Made by a program: the position numbers and the translations under genes. From NCBI GenBank assembly GCA_000708835.1, contig DF237112.1, positions 62,001 through 126,000 of the forward strand: a DNA stretch of 64,000 nt, given 5' to 3'. The notes under the pieces are model-generated. The model was not told where the DNA came from. It saw only the letters and a program-made list of their open reading frames with translations, and did not search any database. Below are positions 37,675-51,137 of the stretch, piece by piece. Numbering within the stretch: the stretch's first letter is position 1; every line of letters starts with the position of its first letter. This stretch comes from Klebsormidium nitens. Lineage: Eukaryota; Plantae; Klebsormidiophyceae.

Positions 37675-40600
37675 ATGTCGAAGTCCATCAACTTCCGACC
37701 TCCATTTCAGAGCGAGACAGCCACCCTGCTGGTACGTTGAAAAGCTTCCCTAATCATACCACGCTCTGTTTGCTTCGTTCTTACATCTCTGGTGCTTATA
37801 CGAACTCTTCGTTTATGCTTGGTAGAGTGACCACGTTGCAGGGGACTCGTCGCATGTTGCTTCATGAACGTGTGGCATTCAGCTCAGAACTCGGGCCTCT
37901 ATCTTCAAGAGCTGCAAAACAAATTTCATACATTCTACCCTCAGATGCGCTGTCCTCAATTGCTTCCCTTCTATTCTGCAATCCGACAACATAAAGAGCT
38001 GCGCAAGCAAAGTCAGATAGTCGTTCGCTGATTTGCAGGACCTTTTTTCGGATGCTGACAACACCTTCAGGTTACTCACTGCTTGAGCTCACAAAAATCG
38101 GCCTTTTGCTTTCGCAGGTTGCTGTCCGCTGCAGACCCTTAAATGCAAAGGAGAAGCTGAGATTCCGGGACATCCTACGGGTTGTAGATGACAAGGTATG
38201 CGTGCAAGTCTTGGCTACTATTTCAAGTCATGGAATGCGTCCCTAGTGTCTGTCTTGAGTCCAGCACGATCAACATCCCGGAATAACCTTGTAAGAATTG
38301 TTTGAAGCGTTGGGCAGAAAGACCAATTTAGATATTCACCTTCTAGATGACCCGTCAGCGTATGCAAAGCCCGGATACAATCTGTATGCTTGGCAACTGC
38401 AACATACAACGGACTCCAGAGTCATGCTTTAGTCTGATCGTTCATTTGTCCCTTTCGCACCTGCAGATTGTGGTGGTTCTTGACCCGGACATCGCAAAGG
38501 AGTATCTTGACAAGGTGCAGGGACGAAGCAAGGAGAAGCAGTATGCGTTTGACTTGGCCTTCGATTACACAAACAGCAATGAGGTAAACATTTGCAAGGC
38601 AACTTCATCATTGTGTCAGCCTTGGGGAAGTCAAAAGGCATTCTCGCTTGACTTTCGGGGCTTCCATCATGTGTTTGATCATGTCCGACTTGGCCGGACG
38701 AAAGAGCTCAGTATTTATGAAGGAGAGCGCTGCTCGCGAGTTGTCCCTTCATCATCGAACTAGCGAAGCCACGAAAAGATCTTAGGAAGTGAGAAAGTGC
38801 AAAGTAGATGAGAGGAGGGTGCAAGGATCTTAGGGCTTCTACAGACTTACCTTCTGTACACATCTTCTCGAATCTTCGACCTTCTGGCTGGATTATCGAA
38901 GGCGTGCTTCTCATGGTTCTCTGCGATGCAGGTCGTATACCAACGAACCGTTGGCACGCTGGTACCCAACGTCGTCAAAGGCTTCACTTCGACGATCTTC
39001 GCTTACGGAGCAACAGGAAGGTGAGGGAGAGCCGCAAGCCAAGTTCTTTTCATCTTATGCAGAGCCCTAGTACCATTTCGCGGAAGCTTAGTTCCTTATG
39101 CGGTTTGAGCAGACACTAGAGCACCTAACCTCTTCAATTTCACCGGCTGTAAGTGGCAGGTGGTCAAGAAAAGAGAACACTCTTTGTGGATGGCAAGACC
39201 TTCAGCGACTCATCCGCAGCGATACTGTTTGAAAGACGCATACACTTTCATGGGGGATGGAGCCCTCTCTTCGTGAGCACAGAATGGTAAAATCTGAATC
39301 TTATTATACGAACCTGGTTCCTTGTTGAAGGACCTACTTATGAACAACCGTTCTTCCGTTGACTTCGTGCAGTGGAAAGACTCACACCATGGTTGGGACT
39401 CAAGACGACCCCGGGCTTATGGTTCTCAGCCTGCGAGACATCTTCAACAGGATTCAGATGGAGACCGAGATAGATTTTGAAGTCACTTGCTCGTACCTTG
39501 AGGTGTATAACGAAGTTATCTACGATCTGCTGGAGCGATCTTCGGGCCATCTGGAGTTGAGGGAAGACCCGGAACAGGGCATCACGATTGCGGGGCTGAA
39601 GAAGATTCAGGTCAGTCAAGGGAGCTGTCTGTGACACTCATCGCAGGGCTATTTTGGGCGGGAGAAATGGGCCTAAGTCGGGTTCCCCCTCCGACGCTGC
39701 CGACATGAGGATTCTTGCTGGCTTGTTTTGCAAGCTCTACAGTTTGCCCGACGACCTTAAGGAACCTCACGGAGTCCTACTCTGTCCGCCCTCTCAATGC
39801 TTCTTCCGAAGGAGCACGTAAGCAGAGGTTCTGGCGCGGCCCCACGAGAATTAACGCTTTCATATCTTGAATGAGAGTCAAACCTCTCCATTATAGCCAG
39901 ATGTAAGAGACAGTGAATCCACGAGAGCCTGTCTTAAGTCGTCATCCTTCCTCTAGGTCAACTCGGCTGACCGCATCTTGGAGTTGCTCGAGGAGGGAAA
40001 CAGCCGGCGGAAAACTGAGTCCACGGATGCCAACGCAACCTCCTCAAGGTGAGCCGCAGAGTCAGACGCTCGATCGTAAGCTTCCAGTTTAGAATCGACC
40101 AATGGCTTTGAAAGCAGGGCCAGAGTTCACTATTAGGGCAGGACGGACTGGACAACGTCTGGAGCGTTGCCTCTACCAGAATTGTCGCAAACAAGTTGAC
40201 GTCGGCAATGATAGGAGTCGACCTCACTTTGTCCTAAGACCCGGGCATCACATTAAGGGCTTTAGCAATGGACACCGCATAGGGTATGAGATTCGCTGAC
40301 TGCTAACTGTATTGCTAACTGTATGAGATTCGCTAACAAGAGTACGCGGCGACGAGCTGTCTCAATCACCGCTGCAGGTCACACGCTGTTTTGGAAATCG
40401 TCGTCAAGCGGAAGGAGAAGAACAACTACAACGCCCCGGTCTTGAAAGGGAAGCTGTCCCTTGTAGACCTGGCTGGCAGGTGGGTACAATCTGGAACTAT
40501 GAAACTTCCTTCGTGAAACTTATACTGCGATAACGGATGAGCCACTTGCAACACGTGACGTCTCGAACAGACATTGCACTACTCTCCTTACTTTGATCGA

Positions 40601-43600
40601 AGGGAAAGGGCCACAAATCCCTTTGACTCTCTATCAGCGCAGCTTCCCTTTCTTGCAACAGACAGGGGAGAATGATCGCTAAACTTTGCTTTCAATGGAT
40701 CAATCTATTTCACGTGCCTGCAGTGAGCGCGCGAGCGAGACGAATAACGCGGGGCAGAAGCTGCGAGACGGGGCCAACATCAACCGGAGCCTTCTTGCGC
40801 TGGCGAACTGCATCAACGCGCTTGGAAAGCAGGGAAAGAAGGGGCTCTCGTATGTGCCCTATAGGAACAGGTGAGAATCTTTACGTCGCCTTGTTTATCT
40901 GGACACGTTGGACTCTTGAACTTTATAGGTTTTCCTCAACTGAGAGATCTGCTGACGAGCACGCGGATCAGTCTGATATTTGTAGATTTGGGGGATAGAA
41001 ACTTGTCGACAAGACCTCACCCACTCCGTGATTCCGAAGGTGCGCCAGCCCTTTTTGCCGAGGGTCTGCCTAGCACCGCGACCCAAGCTTTCAAACTTAG
41101 CCTGTCATCTTCTGTCTATCAGACTTCTTCACTTCCTGATCAGCGCCCTTCAATTTTCAATATTTATTGGACCAAGCAACACTTCACTGTTCTCTCGTCT
41201 GCAGTAAGCTGACGCGGCTTCTCAAAGACGGCCTTAGCGGCAACTCGCGGACGGCTATGATTGCCACAGTCTCCTCCAGCAGCGACCAGTATCAGCACAC
41301 GACCAACACGCTCAAGTATGCGGACAGAGCCAAAGAGATCAAGACGCACATACGGGTAAGCCCACATGCCTAAGCTTGGTGCTGAAAAGCATTCTTGGAA
41401 ATTATATGATGTACCGCCTGCGAGCTACCTCCGCTTCCTTCACAAGCAGTGCTACAAGGCTTTCAGAAAGCTCTCGGTTATGCCAAGGTTAAGTTCCGCA
41501 CAGCTCTGATGAATTGATTTCTGCCGCTGCAGACGAACGTAGGCACGGTGGAGAGTCATATCTCAGACTACCAGAAGATGATTGACGGACTACAGGTAAG
41601 CTGCTCACATTCCTTTGAGGTTGGCAGTGGTTTCAAGTGGAAAAATTTGCACTCCTCTTCACTGGTTCCGCCTCCGACGATGCCTGCTGGCACGGCGTCG
41701 TGGGATTTACGACACGAAGTCGAGTGATGCCTCGGAACATCTTGCAAGCGCCAACCTTTGCTTTCTGCTTCAGCAACGCCTGTGTACCGACGTCAGTCAA
41801 ATTCTGTAAAGGAACTGCCGCTTGAATGGTTACCTTTACTGCAGATTGAGGTACAGACCCTTCGGAAGCAGTTGACCGAGAAGGACACGCAATTGACGGC
41901 GCGGGACTCAAAGTCGGAAGATGCTGAGTTGGCTTGGCTCGACGTTCTCAGGTGAATTTCAAAAACGTGTACAGCTGCTGTATCAGCTGCCACCCTACAG
42001 TTCCCGGCTTGGAAGAAGAAATTGAATCATTCACTTTTCCGTATTACCGACGTTAGAGAGAACGTGAAAACATGGATTTCACACAAGGCTTTTCATCTTG
42101 ACCGATAGCGAGAGGGTAGTCTGTTACAAAATATTCTTCTCTCCAACTCCGCAGTCAAATTTGCAGGCACGATCCGGCCAGAATACAGAGCTTCCTTCTT
42201 CGGCCGAACGACAAGGCTCGAACTGGTCTTCCTCTCCATATCTTCATTCTTAGAATCAGCAGAGATGGCCCGCATATAGAGCTGTCAGAATGCCGGAGCT
42301 TTAGCCTTAGGAAAAACGAATGTATGGCCAGCATTTAAAGGCTTAAAGCCAGAGCTTTTGATTTCTGACGGCTTTACCTCCGGTTTGCAGTACCGAGATC
42401 AGCGAGAATGTGGATGAGCGGATCAACCTGCAAAAGGCTCTGTTCGAACTGGAGGACATCACGCTGGAGAACAGAAACGAGGTGGAGCAGATCGAGGCGG
42501 CGATAGCGCGCGTGGAGGGAGGGGAGATGGCTCCAGACGACGACCTAGAAACCCTTAGGGTATGAAAGTTTTCTCAAGCTACAATTTCAATCCTGACTCT
42601 TTATAGGCTCGTGAAGAGCCGTGAAAAGATTCTGTGTATTATTGATCGTGAGAAAGTAGATAATTCAGGCCTGCTTTGTTCGTTTCCTTGGTCCGAGCAT
42701 CAAGGATTGCGTTCGTGACTAAAGTGCATCCAACCTTATCACTGCCGACAAAATTCAGTCTGCAGACCAAGTTTCTTTGTCTGAGATAGATGGTGTTGCT
42801 TGCTCTTGTTGCGGCTCCTGATCCTACTTGATCCAATAATTTCAGACTTCTCTGATCCCTTGGATCAATCGGGAAAATTGATTGAATCGTTGGCCGGTGC
42901 AGCTTTATTGTGTAAAAGACCTTCATACTACTGCAGGAACGACATCAGATGGCTCTCGAAAACCTGCGCGAGAACGAGGATGCCAGCGCGCGGTACAAGG
43001 CAGACATTTCCAACAACGAGGCCCTGCGAAAAGAATTGCAGGTAAATCAGAAAACTGCGCTGCTAACAAAATGTGGATCGCACTTGTCGAACTTCTATAG
43101 GTCCACTGCCCGTGTAAGTTGTTTCTTTAGTGTCAACGGCTCACTAGCTCAACCATGCAAAGTCATTTTTAAAGAGGGAGCATTGCTAAAAAGTACTGTG
43201 GAGGAAGGATTCACTTTACGAGCTTTGTTGGCTGTGCAATTTTCTGAGCAAGTTAATCACATGTCACACCAGAATTTTAGCGCTTCCAAAAGCAAGGTGA
43301 CAGACCCACCTTTCCGTCCCGGAAAGGCGACACCCCAATCTGCAGATTTTCAATGCTTTGGTTCAGTGACTCGACCACACGAGGACCTGTATGCATTATT
43401 CCCGATTCTCAGCACTACGCGTTCTGTTGTCATGCAGAAAAAGATTGACTCGGCCATCCAGAGTGACCACAACACCACCTTCCTACGGATACTCAGCCAG
43501 TACCGGCTGTTGGGAATGACCAACATGGAGCTCCAGATTCAGATGGCTATCAGAGATCAGGTGAGAACTATGGTAGCTGCTCGTATTCAGGGACATCCGG

Positions 43601-45806
43601 ACGCTTTGACTGACAAAAAGAAAGGAAAGTTGTTAATGAATGTGCGTCCGAAAACCCAAAGGCACGTTCCCCGTCCAATATCTCTTGCCTGCGTGTCACT
43701 GTAAGCTAAAAGTTTGAATCACGAGGACCTGCACTACTCAAACGAGAACGGAGCAGAGACTCGATGTAGCCTCTCAAATTGGTAAGACAGACACGGAGGA
43801 GGGTTCAAGCAAAAGTTTTCTTTCAACCCGTTGTTTTCGTCTTGCTTTGCAGATCATCCAGGACCAGAGCGACGTCGTCAACAGCCTTTGGCAGGTGCTC
43901 GAGGCGACCGGCCTAGACCACGCGCAGATCATCCAAGTCGCCGCCGAAAACGGGATAACCATAGACGACAACGGGTGCCCAGGCCAAGTCCCCAACATCC
44001 GGCCGGGGGCGAACCGGTTCCAAAAAGACGGCGCAGGGGGGCAAAACCGCCCGAAAATGCGTCTCGACATGTTGCAAATCATTCCCCCCGAGCAATACCG
44101 GGCCAGCGTTTTGGGCGACAACGCGGCGCGCGACGCGGCCGCGCCGGTCGCCGCCCAGAGCGCGGCCGCGCACGCGGAGGGGGGCTATCTCGCGGCCTTC
44201 CAGAACGGGGTTAACGCAAACGCGAGGGGCAGTTACGCCCAGTCGCACGCTCAGAGCAGCAGTGCGATGGGCTTTGGCGGAGGGGGCGACCATCACGCGT
44301 CTCCCCCGCGCAGCAAGTCGCCCCTCCCGAGCCCCCGCCCAGCGTCCTCCCCCTCCGTGACGGCGCAACCGCCGAGCGTTGTCGCCAACGGACTGAGCAC
44401 GTATCCCGGAAGTCTAGGTAAGCACGACGACCAATTACAGGAACTACAGGGTGTTTATTCTGATTGCTGCTAGTCTCTGAAGTGGTAGTGCTCAATGAGC
44501 ATTTGCAATCCTCAAATGGAATCCTCAAAATCCTCAAAATCCGTTCACCTTCCATGTATCCAGGATGCTGCGATTCTGCTCTAGATTGCCGGCCTCCCGA
44601 AACGATATACTTTCGCAACTCTCCAGAAAGACTCTTCCACTCGCGGAAGATACTTGTGATAGTGTCTGAAAAGCTCTACCGTCCGTAAACGCGATGCCAC
44701 TTTCTGCTGCAGGTTCGCCCCCCGTGAGTCCCCGGGGCAACCCGACGGGCGGTTACAAGGCCTCCCCGTTCTCTTTGGTACATACCCGCAGCGCCGGAAA
44801 CAGTCCCCGGCCAAGTATTCCGAGCCGGGAAGGCCTGTCACAGCGACCCGCCTCTTCCGCGAGCATTAGCTCCGACCAAAGTTTCGCCTTCAGAAGGGGC
44901 GAAATTGCGCCCGGTGAAAGGAGCTCCGGTGACGAGGAAACCTACGAAGCGGGCCAAGAAGGGCGGAGTTGGAGCCCGGTTAGGATAACCCGCCCGACCA
45001 GCCTGCGGAGAGAAGGATGGGTTAGCGAGCAGACCTCCGCAGCTAACCGGACGGTTAGCAGCCCCTCGCGAAATGACGACGGGAACGCGTTGTCGTCTGA
45101 GAGCTGGGCGAGCGCTGCGGACGATCTGTCGGACAGCGACGCGGAGGTTAGGACGCCGGTTAAGGGCTTGGTAAGGGCAAACATGGAGGAGGCGTGGGGA
45201 TCCAGGGCGATGGAGGGCGACGAAACGGCGGCGGGTTCCAAGATGGTTAAGGATAATGAGAACTTGCGGAAGCAGATAACGAGGCTCGGGACCGAGCTTG
45301 CGAGCTTGCAAAAGGACTTGCACAGCGGACGGGGGGGCGTTAAGGGGAGCTTCCGGCGGAAGAGCAGCGTTAACTACAAGGCGGGTTACGGGTCGGTGAG
45401 CGACGGCGAGGATCGGTACGGGCGGTCGAACACGGCTGCGTCTGATAGGCGGAATAGGAACGTCCACGTGGCGCAAGAATACTCGACGGACTCGGAGCAG
45501 GAAGAGGAGCAGAGCACGTTGACGAGCCACCGGATAAGCTACAGCGTTGGCCATAGCGGATCCGCTGAGCCGCCTTCTTATGAGCGCTCGCGGGCGCGGG
45601 GTCTAGGAGCGGTGCCCGAGAGCAGCGCCCGGAAGTCACCTACCGGGGGCTTTGTACATGAGAAACGGCAGAGTATGGTTGGTTCGCATGCCAGTCGGAG
45701 TACGGACGCGGGGAGGCGGCGATCGAGCAAAACGGAAGGGGGCTTGCCGGGAATGTCAGCCGCGGCCAAGATGAGGAACGTAAAGACCATTCCGGACTGG
45801 CGGTAA
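37675..45806 (+). CDS. KIN8B: Kinesin-8 motor, plant KIN8B-type, with coiled coil and long S/R/G-rich tail (about 16 exons)
   Basis: [19 protein letters not shown]|VAVRCRPL; [26 protein letters not shown]; P-loop FAYGATGSGKTHT; [31 protein letters not shown]; switch I NATSSRSHA; switch II DLAGSER; [19 protein letters not shown]; [19 protein letters not shown]; [15 protein letters not shown]. These match Arabidopsis KIN8B as I recall it. The last exon ends at 45806. An upstream exon at ~35986-36066 is splice-phase compatible. Confidence 0.93.
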
Positions 45807-46861
45807 CAAGGATGAGCGTTGTGAGACTGGTCACCTGTGCACAGCAAAAACCTGGCACAAATGAGAGACACTTTCATGGCGCGAATCGGACCAAAGTCGC
45901 TCTTACCGCGGTCGTTTCGGCTGTAATTTTGTACTTCATATGTATACACTAATTGGCATCATGCACCTCCATTTCAAAAGGCTCTTTACGAGTTGAACGA
46001 GCTGATCAACACGATTCACCAAATGAAACCGTCGGGTCATCGGAATCTGTTCAAGTGGACCTAATCTTGCTCAGATGGATCCAAAGGAGGAGCCCATTGA
46101 ACTTTGACCCATGCACCCCATACTGACAAACAAAATTGAGCGCGTTCAACGTCAGATTGATCCTCAGATCAGTCGACTGCATCTTCAATCCACTATGCAT
46201 ATATTTAGTTGCATCGTCTGGAATGTTTCTCCTAGACGTAGATCATGTGCATTGGTTGCGTGAGCAAACCGGCATACTCAGCCACAACTTCACTCATTTT
46301 TCATACACCACAAGACTTGAAAACCTTACTTCAGCTACTGTCAATCACTTCTGAATGCGTCTCAAAAAGAATGCCAACATTCCAATAGGTTGCAACAATG
46401 GTTATTACGGACACACGCACAAGGAAACGCGATGTAACATGCTCTCACGAAACATTGACAAGCGCAACTTGTGTGTACCTAAAGTCCGATGCTGAAAAGT
46501 GCAGGACGGCATGATCAGCCGTAAAACTTCATTACGTTTTGCATATGCAATTCGTCGAGTGACTTAACTCTGTCATTCACTTGACATCCGTCCCACCATA
46601 AATGTGCCATGTACGGCCAATAGCCGCAATGCTAGATGCACGGACACATGCGATCGAAAGGGAACGCGATGTGGAAATTCTCTCACAAACCATTAATGAC
46701 CCCGCAGTTTGTGCAATGTCTGCCCATCTGTCTCCTGAAAACAGCAGTCTTAACTGATCTGGAATCTTATCTAATCACCGATTGCAATATCCGTTTATCA
46801 AAAACTGCGTATGATTGCTCTCTCATACCACGCTGCTACCTCTCGTGACTGTGGTCGAGTT

Positions 46862-47110
46862 CTAAGTGTTGGATGAGAACGCGAAGTCTGCGCGCGTCAT
46901 CGGCTGGAAAAGCAGCGCGCGCATAACCAGGCAAGATAGCACCGCCATCCAGTAGCTCATATGCGGGAGCTGAAACATCCCTGTGGCCACCTTGTTGTAG
47001 CACCAGTAGAAGATTGCCGGGTAGAAGAAGATGTCCCCGCAGACAACGGCGACACCAATCAAGAGGTAGAGACCGTGAAAGGATGTAATCTCGGGCGCAC
47101 TATTCGCCAT
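46862..47110 (-). CDS. Small (82 aa) two-TM hypothetical membrane protein
   Basis: MANSAPEITSFHGLYLLIGVAVVCGDIFFYPAIFYWCYNKVATGMFQLPHMSYWMAVLSCLVMRALLFQPMTRADFAFSSNT*. Two hydrophobic segments; no intron in this part. The frame is open further upstream to ~47245. Confidence 0.5.
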   Translation of the reverse strand: MANSAPEITSFHGLYLLIGVAVVCGDIFFYPAIFYWCYNKVATGMFQLPHMSYWMAVLSCLVMRALLFQPMTRADFAFSSNT

Positions 47111-48845
47111 GGATTCAAGCCTGCGCAGTTGAAAAAGTGGATCCTGAAATTCTGCTTCTGGCTGGTGACGTTCTGGAATGCTAACTCTTTTGCGGGTTTT
47201 GATTACGTAATTGCTCTGAAAGCAGACACACAGAAGGTCGGTCACTTGATGTGTCTAACAACAAATCTGCGGAAACCTGTAAGCGCTAAAGAGACTCCAA
47301 AAGGTTGGGGCCGATCCACCAAAGTTCTGGCTATGAGAACGATACTTTAACAAATGTCAGTCGGGGTTGAGTTTTGGATGTGGAAGCTTAGCCGCTTTGT
47401 TTGTGCATCATACGGAATGAAGCTGTACAGTAGGAGGATATGGAGAATTTACTTTTCTGAGTGGAACTCAAGACATCAATCTCCCCAAAACTTGAAACGA
47501 CGCTGGTAAATATCGATCAAGCCTCCTCCCAACAAGACACCGAATTTGGACCCGTCTACGCGAACCTGGAGCACGTCGCCATCTAAGTAATCAATCAAAG
47601 GGCAGAACGACATGGACAGGGAGGTATTGTTCCGTGATAAAGTTTGGTATCGGAAAGCATGAGTAAGGCAGAAGTCTGAAGAGCGTGAACAAAACGCAAT
47701 GAGAGATACCAAAAGAGTCAATGTGTCCTGAACGTTTGCAGCAGACTGACCGCAGATACAAAGGAAGGGCTGGTCTTCCTACTTCAAAAAATCTTCTATG
47801 GTGTATACGAAGACTTTCTAGTGGTCGAAGACGCTGATTTTTTATTTGAACCTTTTTATGAGATCCCGCCTTTATCACCATTCCAGGTCCTAGTTGACGT
47901 CCTGTCGTAGTTGGCGGTAACACTTGCTTGTCATCGAATTCGGTAGAATCTCAATTATATGCGTAGTAAACAATGACCAAAAGGCTCCATCGCTCCTTCG
48001 AGAAGAGGCTCATAAACAAAAACCTTGGACATCAGCATCCTCCTTCAAAAGCCCTGGAACAATACCCTCGAGACTGCATGACTATGGATTGATAGGGATG
48101 TATATTACGTATATTGTGATCAAAACAAGAGTAGAAACTTTCTTCTCAAGGAGAGACCATTTTGACATTCGCTTTCACTTCCACCTTGAGACATCCACAG
48201 AACTCTCGTGCAACGCAATTTGTGAATCCTCTGTATATCACGCAAAAGACGGACGCGTACGAGAAGAGACTTACCACAGAGAATGTGACGTTCGAAGAGT
48301 GCTGAAGTACGTGTCCACTCTTTGTCTAGCCGAAACGCACGGTCCCTAGTTGAGGAGAACACTACCTGAGTTTCAAAGATTTGTGAAGGTCCCTTAAAGC
48401 TCTTTGCTGGAAGGACACACCAAGTTTGCAAGGAGCGTGTGGTCCTTGAGGCTTGAGCTTATAAGCTTTTGTTATGAGATGCCGGTGGTTCCAAGATGCG
48501 GCTCTTAGATCTCGCTACCCTAGACTCGGAGAAAGACCGAGAGCTGTTCTGACGGGCACTCCTCGGATGCGTTGCTTCGTCATCCAAACCTGGCAGAAGT
48601 CTGATGGCGGCTAGCGTCGCGGCCGCCTCCGCGGCGACGCGGCCGCGGTAGTCCCGGCGCGGCGCCACGCGGCGCCTCTAAGTTTCTGACTTTCTACAGA
48701 GCCGAGGGTTTCGAGTGTTTGAGCGCATGCGCGCGGCCGCGCCACCCGCTTCTCAAAGCGCAAGAAGACGACTTTAGTGAGGTGGTTTGTTCAAAATGAT
48801 TTCGCCATTTGTATTGCACGCAGCTAGCAGGTCCGGCTCAAGGTT

Positions 48846-50031
48846 ATGGAGCCAACTGAAGCAGAGAGTAACATGAGGCAGGAGATCAGTTTCAAGTTCG
48901 ACACGCCGGACAACAGTCACCCGCTTGTCTTCTTGAAATTGGTCAAAGAAGCGCCGCAGATAGAAGCCGATCTTCCAAGTAGCTCCACTTCGTACTCAAG
49001 GACGCTCGCTATTCACCCCGGAAAGCTGACCGTGAGCCCTTTCTTTGCGGCGCTTCTGCAACGCTGGGCTTCCAACGGCCTCCATGCAAACGGTCCAACG
49101 ACAGTGAAGGTGTTTGAGCTGGGGTGCGAGGATCCGGATGCTGCTTCTCTCGCTATCCAGATCCTCGCTGAATCGCTGTCACTGGTGTGGAAACAGCAAG
49201 CCGTCCGGTTCTCCTGCACGGAGTAGCGCAAGCCCTCTCAGTCCTGAGGGCTTGCAGATACTTCCTGTTGGATTCTGGGGTCACATATTGCAAGCAGTAC
49301 TTGGAAGCCTCAGAATGGACCTCAGATGAGAGGGAAGAGATCCTGGTCACCTTCGAGAATTTGGGGTTTGGAACTGTCAGGGGAGCTCGAGGAAAGGCTG
49401 GCAGATCTGAAGAGCGACAGCGGGTCTGCCTTTGGCGAGGAGCTCTTGCGGAAATTGATGGAGGGTGCAATGTCCCTAGAAAGTGGCCCGTTCTTCTGCA
49501 AGTTCTTTCCAAGCAAGAGCCAGATGGACGGCTCTGAGAGGCTGCGCGTGGTTGTTGAAGAGATAGGAGATTCGGAGTGGCTTGGACTCAATCGGGAGTC
49601 TGTTCAGACAATCCTAGGAACAGGGCTAGTGCTCGAGCTAGGATTTGGGACGGCGAACGCTCTACTGCAGGCAACGACTCAGGCCATGATGGTGATGAGG
49701 GAGCTTCCAGAGCGTAGGCCTGCTTGAAACTTCGGTTAAGCGCTCAAGACAATCCTTCGTCCGCCACGTGTCCTGCTTGGGTTGGCTGTCCGCGCTGTGC
49801 GTCAAACACGGGGTAGCGCTCGAGAAGATCAAAGCACAGTGCGAGCACCGGACACTCAAGAAGACAGCGGCGGACACATTTCGGACCGTCTTTTGTTCGT
49901 TAGCCGTAGGAAAGCAGGAGAAGGTTGTGCTAAGGTGGGCAGGCGCGCTCGCGCGGACCAGGCCTGTGGGAAAGTATAGGTTCTTGCTCGACGGTGTGTT
50001 TGGAGACTGGTGTAAACAGTGGGGGGCATAA
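48846..50031 (+). pseudogene. BTB/POZ At3g50780-like gene, copy 1; intronless, three frameshifts
   Basis: Motifs in successive frames: VSPFFAALLQRW..VFELGCEDPDAA / VAQALSVLRACRYFLLDSGVTYCKQYLEASEWTSDEREEI / LSGELEERL..GPFF / FVRHVSCLGWL..LAVGKQEKVVLRW..VFGDWCK. Frame changes are near 49185, 49368 and 49700. The pattern parallels the plant family's V..VL.ILKV...LEYLEA.PW.EEEEEK and Q..ILL.W..AFE.WW motifs. Confidence 0.75.
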
Positions 50032-50371
50032 TGCAAAAGTCAAGTGCGGAGGTCAAAACGGCGTACAAACCTATCATGAAGTGCTGCTGATGCCGAGCTT
50101 CTCGCGTCTTGTCGGCGCGTTCTCGGCAAAGGTATCTTTGAACGACAGTTGGATGTGCACCCAAGTTCCAGGTTGACTGAGCTGATGGGGCGGTCAGATG
50201 CCGGCAGCATGCACATGCTTCCGAAGCCTTGGAAGTTCCTTGGAGTATTTCTTATGAATCACAGTTGTGCACGTCCCAACCTTGACGTACTGTGACTATG
50301 ATCCTTCATAACCGACCTCTGCTAAGTACAGGTTAAATGGATTCTGGATATGCATCGAACTCGTTCCTCTC

Positions 50372-50470
50372 TTTTTTTTCCTTTTTTTTTTTTACCTCGG
50401 TCCAGGGGGTCGGGGCCTCTAGGCCCGCAAAAACTGCCAGGGTGTGACCCTGCGATCCTGCGACCCCCCT
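50372..50470. repeat. GC-rich three-stem hairpin element abutting a T-run (poly-A on the minus strand)
   Basis: T-runs at 50372-50393. Outer stem gggggtcg/cgaccccc (50405-50468) encloses hairpins gggcc-tcta-ggccc and cagggt-gtg-accctg. Confidence 0.55.
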
Positions 50471-51137
50471 TTTAGTGGAACCGGTAGATTCGGTTCTTGT
50501 CATAAGCTCGGATATATTTCACGGTCTTGCTTGATAGCATATTGACAACGGGCCGCTGTTCAGAATTGGTAACCGAAGACCTAAGTTTCTATATTTGAAA
50601 GCACCAATTCTGTTTAGAATCGTCAGCCATCCGCATGGACAGAATGCAGCGAAAAACTGCGCATTAGAATCAGCATCGAACTCCTTTGAGTCAGTTACTT
50701 TTGCATAGGCAAGGAATTTCATTCGACCGGGTGGCGCGTTGCGTCACATTATGCATGTGCACTGACGGACATGCCTGGCTTTATTGCTCAGGGTACCGAG
50801 CTGGCTGGTTCTTGCAAGTAGAGATATCAAGACCATTGTATGCAGTGCGCAGTGGGCCCGGGAGCGATACATTGTCACAAACAATTCCATGAAATTATTG
50901 CACATGACACACACACAATCTGGTGCTAGGCTGCTCCCGGCATAAGACATTGCGCATGTTATTGCCACGTGATCATGGATGATGAACAAGCCTGGCAAAC
51001 CAACAAGCAACGTCTTGAATATGCATTGTGCGGACACCCGCACCCTAAATCATGTTTTAGCGAGATCCTCGTCTTAACTATTGTGCTTTTCACCAGTATG
51101 TATCTCTTGCACCACGGCTTACAGATTGAGTCATTGT

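Noticed and set aside
44838-45554. Long minus-strand ORFs (238 aa, also 43913-44368 and 4973-5434)
   Set aside because: Antisense shadows of GC-rich kinesin and CDC14 exons; no independent motifs.
47476-48431. Several 80-140 aa ORFs
   Set aside because: No recognisable motifs or consistent exon chain.
50400-50470. Hammerhead ribozyme (three-stem junction)
   Set aside because: Neither strand has the CUGANGA / GAAA core in the junction.
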